DNA of 64,000 bases from an uncultured Methanosarcinaceae archaeon (GTDB lineage: Archaea > Halobacteriota > Methanosarcinia > Methanosarcinales > Methanosarcinaceae): NCBI GenBank assembly GCA_963721455.1, contig CAVRJG010000053.1, forward strand, positions 32,001-96,000. Direction: 5' to 3'. Below the pieces are notes generated by a model. The model did no database searches and was not told the origin of the DNA. It saw only the letters and a program-made list of their open reading frames with translations. Below, piece after piece: positions 44,241 through 55,683 of this stretch. Numbering within the stretch: the first letter of the stretch is position 1; each line of letters starts with the position of its first letter. The position numbers were made by a program, and so were the translations under genes.

Positions 44241-44290
44241 CAATCTCCCGCCCGCGGGCGGGATTTGAATATTCTCATTTTTGTTTTTCT
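44241..44290 (+). terminator. GC-rich palindrome plus T-rich tract after rps6e
   Basis: TCCCGCCCGCGGGCGGGA inverted repeat followed by long T runs. Confidence 0.55.
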
Positions 44291-44293
44291 TTT

Positions 44294-44362
44294 GTTTATT
44301 ATTGTTTTTTGTTTATTATTGTTTTTTGTTTATTATTGTTTTTTGTTTATTATTGTTTTTTT
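44294..44362. repeat. 17-bp tandem repeat GTTTATTATTGTTTTTT x4
   Basis: Read directly from the sequence. Confidence 0.9.
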
Positions 44363-44481
44363 CAGCATCTTCTCTCGATTTTCTTACTTTTCAAATTCTC
44401 AAAAAGATAAACTTAAAAATTTTTTAGGCTTTTCTGCCAGCATCTGAGCTAAAAAAGCCATGATTCTGTTCTCTAAAAAGG

Positions 44482-44889
44482 TCAGAGTAGCTTCTTTCCG
44501 GCTTCTGCTCCGGATTTGCACTCGTATACTTCAGTTATTTTCATAACTGCAAGGGCTTTTGCAGGGAACCTGTCCCCTATGCTCTTGACCATTTTGTACA
44601 TCTTTTCGTAGTCTTCCCCTTCGGTCTTGATCTCGAAGTCCCCTTTTATCTGGTAGCAGCCTTTGACCTCCGGTCCCCAGACATAGATTGCCCCCCGCGG
44701 GTTTTCTTCAAGGTTCTGGCGGGTCTTATAAAAATAATTGTCTGCAATCCAGATTGTTTCTCCGTCTTCCTGCAGCTTGCAAATGCCGATTGGCACCACG
44801 TTTGGTTCTCCGCCTTTAGATGCGGTTGCAAAGGGAAAAATCCTCATTTTTGCAAAGTCTTCCTTCATCTCGTTGCTCAGTTTCACCAT
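44482..44889 (-). CDS. pyridoxamine 5'-phosphate oxidase-like FMN-binding protein
   Basis: FATASKGGEPNVVP..WIADNY..KT..NL.ENP..QIKG. Confidence 0.88.
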   Translation of the reverse strand: MVKLSNEMKEDFAKMRIFPFATASKGGEPNVVPIGICKLQEDGETIWIADNYFYKTRQNLEENPRGAIYVWGPEVKGCYQIKGDFEIKTEGEDYEKMYKMVKSIGDRFPAKALAVMKITEVYECKSGAEAGKKLL

Positions 44890-45142
44890 TTACTTTACCC
44901 CTTCATCGAATCAGTTTTTACTAATATGGCTGCAATCAATATATAACTTTGAAGGCATCAAAAACAAATAAATGTCAAAGGGCTCTGGTTCTATCTTATT
45001 TCCTTATAGGAAAAAATGCACGGAAAAAGTATAGGGAAAATATACAGAGAGTGCCGGAAAAAATAAAAAACGAATAGAAGGTTTAGAGAAAAAAGGCATA
45101 ATAAAGAAAAAACCGGAAATAAAGCCGGAAACCCATATAATC

Positions 45143-45742
45143 TTAGCAGTTAAATATTTTATTCAGGAAGTACTGGTGAATGCGCAGGTCATCGGTTAAT
45201 TCCGGATGGAAAGCAAGAGCCAGCACATTTCCCTGCTCTGCAGCAATAATCAGGTCTTCAAGCCTGGATAGCACGCGAACATCAGCCCCACAGCTCACGA
45301 TTCCGGGAGCCCTGATAAACACGCCGGTAAAAGGAGAATCGAGTATCTCAATTTCAAGTTCCGCCTCAAAAGAATCCCTCTGCCTTCCAAAAGCGTTCCT
45401 GTTGACTTTCGTATCCATAATCCCGAGCAATTCCTGGCTGGTCTTTTCCACCTGCTCATCCCCTTCCTTTGCAAGCACAATCAGCCCCGCACAGGTCCCG
45501 AGAATCGGAATCCCTCTCGCAGCCGCGTCCTTAATCTCTTCTGCAATTCCCTCACGAGCCAGCAGCCTGCAAAGCGTGGTACTTTCTCCTCCGGGAATCA
45601 CAATCCCGCCACATTTCGGGACAATTCCCTTATGCTTAATCGCAATTACCTCTGCATCTACCCCTCTCTCCGCAAGGGCTCTCCTTAAAGCATCGACATG
45701 CTCAGAAACCGCTCCCTGAATAGCGATTACACCTATCTTCAT
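45143..45742 (-). CDS. pdxT: PLP synthase glutaminase subunit
   Basis: IGVIAIQGAVSEH, PGGESTT, GTCAG, RNAFGRQ.DSF, FHPE. Confidence 0.97.
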   Translation of the reverse strand: MKIGVIAIQGAVSEHVDALRRALAERGVDAEVIAIKHKGIVPKCGGIVIPGGESTTLCRLLAREGIAEEIKDAAARGIPILGTCAGLIVLAKEGDEQVEKTSQELLGIMDTKVNRNAFGRQRDSFEAELEIEILDSPFTGVFIRAPGIVSCGADVRVLSRLEDLIIAAEQGNVLALAFHPELTDDLRIHQYFLNKIFNC

Positions 45743-45885
45743 GAAAAACACCATTTTCCAGAAATTAATCCTTTATTTATTGATCAAAATACAAAAAAAT
45801 TAAATTGTTCTATTCTTACAGGCCTGTAAGAAAGAATCCATTTTTAAAAATTAAATTTTTAGCCCTCTTGAGCGAAAAGCAATGT

Positions 45886-45970
45886 TACTTGCCCATAAAT
45901 TAGTCCTCTCGAGCGCAGCGAGAAGGACCGTACGACGTACTGGCCCGAGGCGCAATTCGGGCGGCGCAAC
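45886..45970 (-). repeat. dispersed intergenic palindromic repeat, copy 2 (between pdxS and pdxT)
   Basis: Reverse complement of the element at 7796-7872. Confidence 0.8.
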
Positions 45971-45991
45971 TAGGGTTTACTTACTGGTTTA

Positions 45992-46888
45992 TTACCATCC
46001 GCGTTCCTGAAGAGCTTCTCCTACAGGGATCATGTCTGCACTGATGCCTTTCATTCCGGCACCTACGCCTTTTGAGATCTCGGCGAGTTTTGCAGGGTTG
46101 TCGTAATTGTTGACGGCTTCAACGATTGCTTTTGCCATCTTCTCGGGGTTTTCGGCTTTGAAAATGCCTGAGCCTACAAAGACCCCGTCCGCTCCAAGAC
46201 GCATCATAAGAGCCGCGTCAGCAGGGGTTGCAATTCCTCCGGCTGCAAAGTTTACCACAGGCAGGCGCTGCATCTTTGAAGTTTCGATCACGAGTTCGAT
46301 AGGAGCTTCTATTTCCCTGGCAACCATTATCAATTCCTCTTTGGTCTTGCCGGAAAGCGCACGGATTTCTCCCTGGATCTGTTTCATGTGTTTTACTGCC
46401 TGGCTGACATCCCCTGTTCCGGCTTCTCCTTTTGTCCGGACCATGGCTGCCCCTTCGTTAATTCTCCGGAGAGCTTCTCCGAGGTTCCTGGCTCCGCAGA
46501 CAAAAGGCACGGTAAATTGTGTCTTGTCTATGTGGAAATAAGGGTCAGCAGGGGTCAGGACTTCGGATTCGTCCACCATGTCAACACCAAGTGCTTCTAA
46601 TATTTCGGCTTCGACGAAATGCCCTATTCTGGCTTTTGCCATTACAGGGATTGTAACCGTATCAATGATCTGCTGGACAATTTCAGGGTCTGCCATCCGA
46701 GCAACTCCCCCTGCTTTCCTGATATCTGCAGGGACAGCCTGAAGGGCCATAACAGCAACTGCTCCGGCTTCTTCTGCGATCCGGGCCTGTTCTGGAGTTG
46801 TCACGTCCATGATCACACCCCCCTTCTGCATCCTCGCAAAGCCCCGCTTGATAAGTTCGGTCCCGTGTCTTAATTTTTCAAAATCCAT
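45992..46888 (-). CDS. pdxS: PLP synthase lyase subunit
   Basis: [39 protein letters not shown]. Confidence 0.97.
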   Translation of the reverse strand: MDFEKLRHGTELIKRGFARMQKGGVIMDVTTPEQARIAEEAGAVAVMALQAVPADIRKAGGVARMADPEIVQQIIDTVTIPVMAKARIGHFVEAEILEALGVDMVDESEVLTPADPYFHIDKTQFTVPFVCGARNLGEALRRINEGAAMVRTKGEAGTGDVSQAVKHMKQIQGEIRALSGKTKEELIMVAREIEAPIELVIETSKMQRLPVVNFAAGGIATPADAALMMRLGADGVFVGSGIFKAENPEKMAKAIVEAVNNYDNPAKLAEISKGVGAGMKGISADMIPVGEALQERGW

Positions 46889-47598
46889 GAATGTCATCCT
46901 CTCTGTTTTGATATATTTATAAGATCAATGCCGTGGGAAACCCTTTCCACGGGTGAAATGACGCATGGGTCTTTTCCATTGGTTGCAACCGACAGGTTGC
47001 GGTTTCAGTTAGTTATTTCTCCAGTGAATTGTAAATACGCTCAATAGTCAAAAGCATTATTTAAGTTATTCCTTATGAATAAGTACAGAATGAATTAACT
47101 GTACAATTGTTTAAAAATTATTTTCTTTTTGTCCTTTAATAGCAATATATTTCTTATGTCTGTCTGGTTCGTTCTGCCTCTTTAGCCATCGCATTGCAGA
47201 GCCTTACTGCGACTTTTTAGTCTGCTTCTATATTTTTGCTTGACGGTCTATTAACACTATCTCTGTCTTCATATAATATATATGATCCCTTCTTCAAGCC
47301 TTTGGCATCAATAAACTGCAACGTGTTTGCAGGTAACCAAGTCTTTGTTGAGAATTGAGTCATGGTCAACACGCTATTAAGCTCAATGGTTTGCATGCAC
47401 GCGCTAGAACCGAACTGAGACGATATAAAAATGTACGGTGATCTGCACAAACTTTCCAAATGTCGGGATACAAAGCGTCGAAATATTACCATAGTATGAA
47501 AACAAAAAACACATATATGGATATCATAACACATTTTTATTATAAATAGTCAAATTCATAGTTTTATATTCATTCTTGTTCACTGTTCGAATGTTAAT

Positions 47599-48468
47599 AT
47601 GAAACAATTGAAAAGTTTATGGATCACATCACTCTTTGTTATGTTTTTTGCATTTCTCCTATTGATGGGGATTGGTGTGGAACCAGTATCAGCTAATGTA
47701 TGGCATACCGAGACCGTTGATTCCGTGGGAGACGTCGGGTGGGTTCACTTCACTTGCTCTGGACCCGACCACTGGCTACCCCAGAATGAAGCTACACCAG
47801 GGTTTGCCAGAGGCTACATGAGAATATAATTATAAGACATACTGAGATCATTACATAAAAGATATTTTTTTCCGGGATAGCTTCTGGATTTCCGGTGACC
47901 TGAAGTATGCGGCTTACGATGGGTCGACATGGCATACTGAGACCATTGATTCCGAGGGATAGGTCGGGGGGTACACTTCCCTTGCTCTGGACCCGACCAC
48001 AGGCTACCCCAGGATAAGCTATTCGTGACTGACACAAACGATAGACCTGAAGTATGCGGCTTATGACGGGTCGACATGGCATACTGAGACCGTTGATTCC
48101 GAGGGAGATGTCGGGACTCACAGTTCCCTTGCTCTGGACCCGACCACAGGCTACCCCAGGATAAGCTATTACTGACGCAACAAACATGGACCTGAAGTAT
48201 GCTTCCCTTACTGCCTCAATGACCCCTCTGTCCCCGTAGCAAATTTCACAAGCAATGTTACTCAGGGTGTTGTTCCTCTAACAGTCCAGTTTACAGACTT
48301 TCTGAAAATGCAACTGGATGGAACTGGAACTTTGGAGATGGTCAGACATCTACGGCTACAGAATCCGAGCCATACTTATAATACCCCTGGAACTTACACA
48401 GTTAGTTTGAATGTAAGTAACGCTGACGGTTACAATATCTCGACAAAACCAGATTTAATTACTGTGGA
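47599..48468 (+). pseudogene. frameshifted 5' part of a large surface protein: signal peptide, ~147-bp WHTETVDS..G.VG repeats and a PKD domain
   Basis: MKQLKSLW..VSANVWHTETVDSVGDVG; repeat copies near 47701, 47930 and 48078; PKD pieces PVANFTSNVT, WNFGDG and PGTYTVSL lie in shifting frames. Confidence 0.7.
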
Positions 48469-50271
48469 TTGACACCACCGGTAAGAAATGGTCTGGTTGC
48501 TTATTATGATGGCAATTTATCAGGGAATTCCCTGGTAGATCTCAGCGGAAATAACAATGCTGGTTATGCCACGAGTGTAACTCCAGGGACAAACCAGGAA
48601 ACTGGTGCGAATTATATAAACCTTAACGGTGTCGATAGTAGAATAGACGTTTCTAATAACGCGCAGGCTAGCATTTCCAGTCCTGTAACGGTTGAGTTCA
48701 TAGGGTCAATTAATGATTTCACGAGATATGGGGCACTTGTGAGCAAGCACAATAACTGGGGAAGTGATTGGTATTTGGCCTGTTCTTCTGACTCTCCTCA
48801 CAATCAAGCTCGTTTTGCTGCAACCACGGATAGCGGTTGGAAATTCTACGAATCAGATGCTGGTCTTGTTGCCGGGCAGGTATATCATATCGTAGCAACT
48901 TACGATAACAACACTTCTCATACTTACGTCAACGGTGAAGATTCAGGCTCCAGTACCTGGAATTCTCCAATAACAGGAGGTACTGAGAATATCACCATAG
49001 GCTCTGGCTACGGTTTAAATTACAGCAACTGCAGTATGTACACGTTTAGACTCTACAATAGAGCATTGTCTTCGGATGAAGTCTTACAGAATTACGAGTA
49101 TGATAGCTGGAGATATAATAAAAACAGGAAGACCCCTGCAATTACCTGGAATAACCCTGCTGACATAACCTACGGAACGGCACTAAGCAGCACTCAGTTA
49201 AATGCAAACGCTTCAGTGCCTGGTAGCTTTGTCTATACTCCAGCAGCAGGAACTGTATTAAGTGTAGGCACACATACATTGCACGTTGATTTCACACCTA
49301 CTGATACTGCAAACTATATTACAGCATCAAAAGATGTTACAATCAACGTAAATAGCAGTGTAACCCAAAAGACTCCTACAATTAGCTGGAATAACCCTGC
49401 TGACATGACCTACGGAATTGCATTAAACAGCACTCAGTTAAATGCAGTTGCAACTGATCCTGTCACTGGGAATAGCGTAACTGGAACTTTTGTCTATACT
49501 CCAGCAGAAGGTACCTTACTTGTCACAGGGATCCATACTTTACATGTTGATTTCACACCTACTGATACTACAAACTATATTACAGCATCAAAGGATGTTA
49601 CAATCAACGTTACACTTGCAGTACCTGTAACAGACGGTCTGGTTGTTTATTACGATGGTAATTTATCAGGGAATTCCCTGTTGGATCTCAGCGGAAACAG
49701 TAACACCGGCTATGCCACGAGTGTAACTCAAGGTACAAACCAGACAACAGGTGCAAGTTACATAAACCTTAACGGGGTCAACAGCAAAATAGACGTTTCT
49801 AATAACGCACAGACTAACGTTTCCAGTCCTGTGACTATTGAGTTCATTGGATCAATTAATAATTTCACGGAATATGGAGCAGTTGTGAGCAAGCACAATA
49901 ACTGGGCAACTGATTGGTACTTAGCCTGTTCTTCTGCCTCTCCTTACAATTATGCTCGTTTTGCTGCAGCCACGGATAGCGGTTGGAATAACTACGAATC
50001 AGATGCTAATCTTGTTGCCGGGCAGGTGTGTCATATAGTGGCAACCTATGATAACAACATTTCTCATATCTATATCAACGGTGAAGATTCAGGTTCCAGA
50101 ACATGGAATTCACCGATAATAGGAGGTACTGAGAATATCACCATAGGCTCTGGCTATGGATTACACTACTGTAACTGCAGTATGTACACTTTTAGACTCT
50201 ACAATAGAGCATTGTCTTCGGATGAAGTCTTACAGAATTACGAGTATGATCGCTGGAGGTATGTTCCTTAA
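48469..50271 (+). CDS. LamG (concanavalin-A-like) x2 plus two Ig-like TP.ITW.NPA repeats; probably the 3' part of the gene starting at 47599
   Basis: Duplicated GLV.YYDG..HIVATYD..FRLYNRALS domains; two TP(A/T)I(T/S)WNNPAD(I/M)TYG repeats; no signal peptide of its own, TTG start. Confidence 0.8.
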   Translation: MTPPVRNGLVAYYDGNLSGNSLVDLSGNNNAGYATSVTPGTNQETGANYINLNGVDSRIDVSNNAQASISSPVTVEFIGSINDFTRYGALVSKHNNWGSDWYLACSSDSPHNQARFAATTDSGWKFYESDAGLVAGQVYHIVATYDNNTSHTYVNGEDSGSSTWNSPITGGTENITIGSGYGLNYSNCSMYTFRLYNRALSSDEVLQNYEYDSWRYNKNRKTPAITWNNPADITYGTALSSTQLNANASVPGSFVYTPAAGTVLSVGTHTLHVDFTPTDTANYITASKDVTINVNSSVTQKTPTISWNNPADMTYGIALNSTQLNAVATDPVTGNSVTGTFVYTPAEGTLLVTGIHTLHVDFTPTDTTNYITASKDVTINVTLAVPVTDGLVVYYDGNLSGNSLLDLSGNSNTGYATSVTQGTNQTTGASYINLNGVNSKIDVSNNAQTNVSSPVTIEFIGSINNFTEYGAVVSKHNNWATDWYLACSSASPYNYARFAAATDSGWNNYESDANLVAGQVCHIVATYDNNISHIYINGEDSGSRTWNSPIIGGTENITIGSGYGLHYCNCSMYTFRLYNRALSSDEVLQNYEYDRWRYVP

Positions 50272-50278
50272 AGAAGAG

Positions 50279-50503
50279 ATGAAAGTCCAACTTTTTGGCC
50301 AGGGTACTATCAATGGCAGTCTTGCTCCAAAAAATGAAGAATACAAGTTCATGATCTGGGCCACTGATGGCAACCCCGACACTTTCCGGATAAAGATCTG
50401 GTGGGAGGACAATTCTGTTGAAAACATTGTGTACGACAACGATATGGAACAGCCTTTGGCGGTGGGGCCATCCAGGTTCACGCCAAATAACCCTATTTTT
50501 TAA
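50279..50503 (+). pseudogene. fragment of another surface-protein C-terminal domain
   Basis: GTINGS..YKFMIWATDGNPDTFRIKIW..IVYDN..QPL, a recognisable terminal module lacking the rest of its gene. Confidence 0.55.
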
Positions 50504-50929
50504 TTTTTTAGATTCCTGAAGACTTTAAGGGTTATAGTCGCTGCCTATAGAGAAATACATCGAGTCTCTCGCCTGCAGGCGAGAGAACTCCCTTATTATT
50601 CATATATTAAAAAATAATAAATTTCTTTATAAGAAACAGCAAGATGGTCATATAGGATTATATTAAGACTAACCAACAGACTCTTTGAATTTAAATTTGT
50701 AGGGTTACTAACCATTATTTTAGTTGTTTCTACCAGTGTAATATCGTTTATATTAAGTGAATAGTACGTTAAAAATTTCTTTTAGGTTCGGCTTTCGGTT
50801 AATCTCACTTACAAGTGAGAAAAATGAATAAAAATAGTGGTAATTATCAGGACTATTAAAAATAATTTAATGGTTCCTTCAGGTTCTGAGATATAATATT
50901 TTCCCAGGACATAAGGCAAACAGGACTCG

Positions 50930-51128
50930 AAAAATCCTCTAAATGAGATCGTAATAGACCTGATACCAGAAGGAACGGAAAACCTCTGGAAACCGAAGAA
51001 TACCTGAGGCTGAAGAGCGCGGAACTGAATAAGGAAACACCACCGAACCTGAATCGACTCCGGCTTTTGAGTTTGGGCTTGCAGTTGCAGGTCTGGCCAC
51101 AGCATGTCGTTTCAGGCGCAGGTCATAA
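50930..51128 (+). pseudogene. relic 3' end of a PGF-CTERM-type surface protein
   Basis: PEAEERGTE*GNTTEPESTPAFEFGLAVAGLATACRFRRRS*: PAF motif, hydrophobic stretch and basic tail, with an internal stop. Confidence 0.55.
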
Positions 51129-51326
51129 AACCCTCAACATGGATGGAGATATAATCCATAAACTTCAGCCCGGATAAAGAAACAATCTGTAAATTTCATC
51201 TGGAGGAGGCACATGTTATAAATCTCAGCGTGGACGCTGTGGTTACAACTTTAAAAGGGCCGGTTAATCCGGTCCTTAAAAATTCTTAATGAGCTTTTAC
51301 CGGATTTTTTGTAATGATTTTCGATT

Positions 51327-52367
51327 TCATTCAGTGCCTGTGTTGCTCACAAATTCTTTCTCTCTTCTGTACAGGCCGAGCTTTGTGCAGACAGCTACTG
51401 AAATCCAGATTGTTAATCCGGGAATGAAGGTTTTTAAAAATTCTATTAATGTAAAGTGGAGGTAATTTATCGTTCCAGACGTTTTAAACATGACATCAAG
51501 AATAAGGCTGGATGCTCCGAACAGCAGGAGTGCTATAAATACCCTTGAAGCTCTCTGTGCTGTACTTCCTGCATCATTCGGTGTCTCTTCCCGTATAATC
51601 AGGAAGTATGCAATATTCGTGCCAAGGAACAGGCCTGCTATATCGGAACTTACCAGGGATAAGGCTGTAAATAGAATAGGGATAACAAACATAAAGGAAT
51701 AAAAAAGTAGATTCCTGCGCTTCAAAGTGAGTTCAAAATTCTCTTTTTTGAAAAAATCATCTTTCAGAGGGCTTTTGAGAAACTGAGCAAAGATTATCAG
51801 TAAAATTAACCCTAAAGTGACCCCTCCCAGTACGTCTCCTAAGAAATGTCTTCCCAGATACATCCTTGAAAAAGCCACTATCACTATCATAAAAGGGGTC
51901 AGTCTTTTAATTATCCTGCTGTTGAAAATAATGGCGCTTCCTCCCCAGAGCGCAGTCGTAATTGAGACATGCCCGGAAGGAAAACCGAAAGGCGAACTGG
52001 TAAATGCTTCTTGAAGGCGAAATGCTTTAAGAACCTCTTTGTCGGGAAGCTTGATAATACCTTCCGGTCCGTTCCCATTAAAAGGTGACGTATTTTTCAT
52101 TCCTGATTCCAGGTTATGAACTCTATAATCTACAAAATCCGGCCTTGGAAATGCGATCAGCGCCTTCAGAACCTCAGTAATCATACCTGTCCATAGTAGT
52201 AGCTGGTACAGAAGAAAACCTTTTTTAAAGTCAACGCCGAAAGTGGTGATAATTGTTATGGCAATTAAAAACGAGGAAGATCCCATCGTAGTTATCAGAA
52301 TCATGAGAAACGTAAACCATTCGTTTCCAAGGGACTGCAGATAGATTATAGGTTCGGTCTGGAACAT
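51327..52367 (-). CDS. PAP2-family membrane phosphatase
   Basis: KALIAFPRP, GFPSGH and SRMYLGRHFLGD motifs; multiple TM helices. Confidence 0.92.
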   Translation of the reverse strand: MFQTEPIIYLQSLGNEWFTFLMILITTMGSSSFLIAITIITTFGVDFKKGFLLYQLLLWTGMITEVLKALIAFPRPDFVDYRVHNLESGMKNTSPFNGNGPEGIIKLPDKEVLKAFRLQEAFTSSPFGFPSGHVSITTALWGGSAIIFNSRIIKRLTPFMIVIVAFSRMYLGRHFLGDVLGGVTLGLILLIIFAQFLKSPLKDDFFKKENFELTLKRRNLLFYSFMFVIPILFTALSLVSSDIAGLFLGTNIAYFLIIREETPNDAGSTAQRASRVFIALLLFGASSLILDVMFKTSGTINYLHFTLIEFLKTFIPGLTIWISVAVCTKLGLYRREKEFVSNTGTE

Positions 52368-53087
52368 CTCTATAGCTCCCAGAAAGGTTGTTTTTCTGGA
52401 TTCGAATTGTATAATTTATTTTCTTCCTCAGAGGCTGGCAAAATGTAAAAAGTTTTTCGTCTTTGCCCCGGCGATTTCTCAATCCCAAAAACCTGTTCTC
52501 AGACGATTGAATTGTGTAAAGCTACTTCTGATCATTAACCAAAAAGATGATAATAAATTTCATAATTTTGTTACCTGGCCGGAGAACCGGCATTTCACTC
52601 ACGAGAATCAGGTCACTGCTCGACGTTTAGCCATGATTGATCCCACAAGTCGGAAAAGAACAGACATACTTTCTCAACTTTCCTTTTTATACCATAAAGG
52701 ATTTGTCTCTCCGGTGTCTCACCAGGCTGAATACAGGCAAGTTGACCAGGTTCCGCGTCTGCCGTTCTGAGCTAATCCATACTCAGAAGATTCTCGAAAT
52801 TTAAGTTTCGTCAGCGTAAAAGTTTAAGAATTGAGCCTCTAGCTCACTATTTTTCCGGGCTTTTCCAAAAAAATTAGCCCTTATGGTTTATATCCCTTAA
52901 CATATAATTTGTTATTAATATATATCAGGGATTTATCCGATTAATGTCCGGTTTATGCAGAGGCTCCGGTTTCCTGGGATATCCGGAATTTCTCTTACTG
53001 TGAAAATAGGGCATTAAAGATGTATGATATTTCCTGGCGTGTATTAGTGTGTATGTGTGTATTGGTGATATAATATTGTGGGGGTAA

Positions 53088-53990
53088 ATGGATTTCATGA
53101 ATAAATTAATCTTCTTTTTGCTTATAGTGAGCCTTTTTGGTGCTTTGGGCAGTACGGCTTCATCTCATTCTGATCCGGAAGCTATGCAACCCGTTTCCAA
53201 AGGTTTTGAAACCGCAGGAATCGTTTCCAATGAAACAGGGATCCAGTTCCCAGTTTCTGAGTCGCAGACTGTCGATGTCGAAACCGGAAACTGTTCAGTC
53301 CAGGTTCAGTCCGGAATGGTCAATATTACAGGTGACTTCCAGGCCTATCCTGCCTATACTGCAGCCCCGGCTGAAGAGGGAAATTATCCAGGCATAGTAC
53401 TGATTCATTCTTTTAAAGGGTTCCAGCCGGGTTATAAGACTATGGTGGACAGGATGGCAGCAGACGGGTACGTTGTGGTTGCTCCTTTCTGGCAGACATA
53501 TTCCGTCTCTCCGTCTGATGCAGACGTGGGAGCACTTATAAAGAACAGCACAGCTTACCTTGAGGGAAGGGACGACGTTAATTCCGAAAAATTGGGCCTT
53601 ACTGGCTTTTGTGCAGGCGGCAGGTATACGATGCTTTTCCTGCCCCAGATCAAGGAGTTCAAGTCCGGAGTCGCATGGTATGGTTTTCCCTATACAGGCG
53701 AATCTGAAATCCAGCCAGACAAGCCGGCCAGCCTGATAGACCAGCTTGACGCGCCTATGCTTATGATACACGGCAGCCGGGACCAATTTAGCAACGTTTC
53801 TGACATCTACAGATACGCAGGCGAACTGGATGCAGCTGACAAATACTTCGAACTGAAAGTTTACCAGGGCGAACCGCACGGCTTTATGATCACAGAAAGC
53901 GGAGAACTTTCCGAAAGTTTTGTTGCACAGGATGCATATGGGGAGATGACAGGCTTCTTTGACAGGACATTGAATAATTCGTCCCGGTAA
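53088..53990 (+). CDS. secreted dienelactone hydrolase family protein
   Basis: Signal peptide; LGLTGFCAGG nucleophile motif; HGSRD; YQGEPHGF. Confidence 0.9.
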   Translation: MDFMNKLIFFLLIVSLFGALGSTASSHSDPEAMQPVSKGFETAGIVSNETGIQFPVSESQTVDVETGNCSVQVQSGMVNITGDFQAYPAYTAAPAEEGNYPGIVLIHSFKGFQPGYKTMVDRMAADGYVVVAPFWQTYSVSPSDADVGALIKNSTAYLEGRDDVNSEKLGLTGFCAGGRYTMLFLPQIKEFKSGVAWYGFPYTGESEIQPDKPASLIDQLDAPMLMIHGSRDQFSNVSDIYRYAGELDAADKYFELKVYQGEPHGFMITESGELSESFVAQDAYGEMTGFFDRTLNNSSR

Positions 53991-54248
53991 CTTGAGAGGG
54001 CATATCCTCTCATCAATTCATTCTATTTTTAATAAGACGGGAGCCTTTTCCTTTTTTCATAAAAAAGAGATCTGCGTTTTGCCTGTGGTCCTTAGAATTT
54101 CCTTTTAGCGCTTTGTTTTTACTCTTCATTATTCCCGGAAGTAAATGTAACTTTGTAACTCCCGAACACGATTTTTCAAAAAAGAAATATATCTTTAATG
54201 GTCTATATTATTATTTAATATAAAAGTCTGCGTCAGGAACACAGAATC

Positions 54249-55304
54249 ATGGTAAATATATTTTCTCACATAGGAGTAGGCCTTCTCATTGCCCTGGCTT
54301 TAGGCCTGAAAGGAAACAAACTGAAGGCTGTAGCCTTTCTCTCAATGCTTCCTGACCTGGACTTTATCCTGTACTCGGTATTTCTCTTTGCCAATAATAA
54401 CTTGAGCCTTGAGACCAGAAATCAGCTTTTTTACCTGATCGGGCACAGGGAGTTCATGCACTCGATCCTTTTCATTGTTCTCGTTACACTTCTTATCTGG
54501 TTTAAGACAAAGGATTGGCTTTTTACGGTTGGAGGGTTCCAATCCATTTTTTTCCATTCCTACCTGGATTATGTTACAAGCTGGAAAATGCGTCCCTTCT
54601 ACCCGTTCAGTACAGATGCTTCCGTTATGGGAGCAGTTTATTTCTTCGACCCTCTGTTAAATTTGCTCCCTATATTGCCTCTCTTTATTGTGATTATGGG
54701 AAATTTGAGCCACACGGGAAAACTCAAAGGAAAACTAAACAGCTTTTGCACTTTCATATCGAGGGTTGATGATAAGCTCTATGCCTCGCTGATTCTTGTG
54801 CTCCTTGTATGGCTTATTTTTATGCCCGTCTCAAAAGCTTTCCTGATCAACCGTATCTCCTGGGCAGAAGAAGCCGAAATAAGTTACCAGAATACCTATC
54901 CGGAATCCATGGACAAATTTCTAACGGCGTACTCATTTAATTCTACCCATTATAAAGTCCTGGAAATAAGCTACCTTTCAGGAATCGAGAGAAGTTCATA
55001 CGTCGAAAAAGTTTCTGTAGAGGGTGATGTCCCTGATGCTGCTGCCTATGTCAAAAGAGTAGAAAAGTTGTACCGGGCAGGCGTCCCCCAGGAAATCGAT
55101 TATCCGGTTTACTGTGTTTCCGAAAAAGAGGGTTATGTAACGGTTATCCTTAGCGACGCCAGAAATCCTTCTGTTAAAAAATGGGCTTATTTTAAATCGT
55201 TTTACAGGTTCGTTTTTGATAAGGAAAATGGAGAGGATTATGAGGTCTATGCAGGTATGCACGGAGGACTGGAGGGAAGATTAGGCAGGAACTGGTTTGG
55301 ATGA
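54249..55304 (+). CDS. membrane-bound metal-dependent hydrolase (YdjM/DUF457-like), paralog 1
   Basis: SH..G, LPDLD, HREFMHS and HSYLD motifs. Confidence 0.85.
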   Translation: MVNIFSHIGVGLLIALALGLKGNKLKAVAFLSMLPDLDFILYSVFLFANNNLSLETRNQLFYLIGHREFMHSILFIVLVTLLIWFKTKDWLFTVGGFQSIFFHSYLDYVTSWKMRPFYPFSTDASVMGAVYFFDPLLNLLPILPLFIVIMGNLSHTGKLKGKLNSFCTFISRVDDKLYASLILVLLVWLIFMPVSKAFLINRISWAEEAEISYQNTYPESMDKFLTAYSFNSTHYKVLEISYLSGIERSSYVEKVSVEGDVPDAAAYVKRVEKLYRAGVPQEIDYPVYCVSEKEGYVTVILSDARNPSVKKWAYFKSFYRFVFDKENGEDYEVYAGMHGGLEGRLGRNWFG

Positions 55305-55683
55305 ACCTTCAAATCACCAATTAGGATATTTTTGCATCGGAAATACAATGAAAACCACAGTTAGCCTCTTTCGGCACGGCAGCTAACAATAATAGATTCT
55401 GTTTTTCGCCTCTTTTCCCGTACCCGGACAATATTTATCACTTTTTTATTTCAATAAAATGGAAGTTTACTTCAATAAAACAAAAATCTACTCAATAGAG
55501 CAGAATTTTAGTAAATAAAAATGAATTTTACTTCAATAAAACAGAAATTCTTTTTTATAAAATAAGATTATTCCCGATTACCCTATTTCTAAAAATAAAA
55601 AAACTGTAATCGGAACAAGCATAGACACGCTAAAAAAATAATTGGTTAGTAATAATAGAAGTTTCCTGGCACTATATCTGGAG

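Noticed and set aside
47217-47534. 105-aa minus-strand ORF upstream of pdxS
   Set aside because: No recognisable motif or SD. It may be a gene relic but cannot be supported from the sequence.
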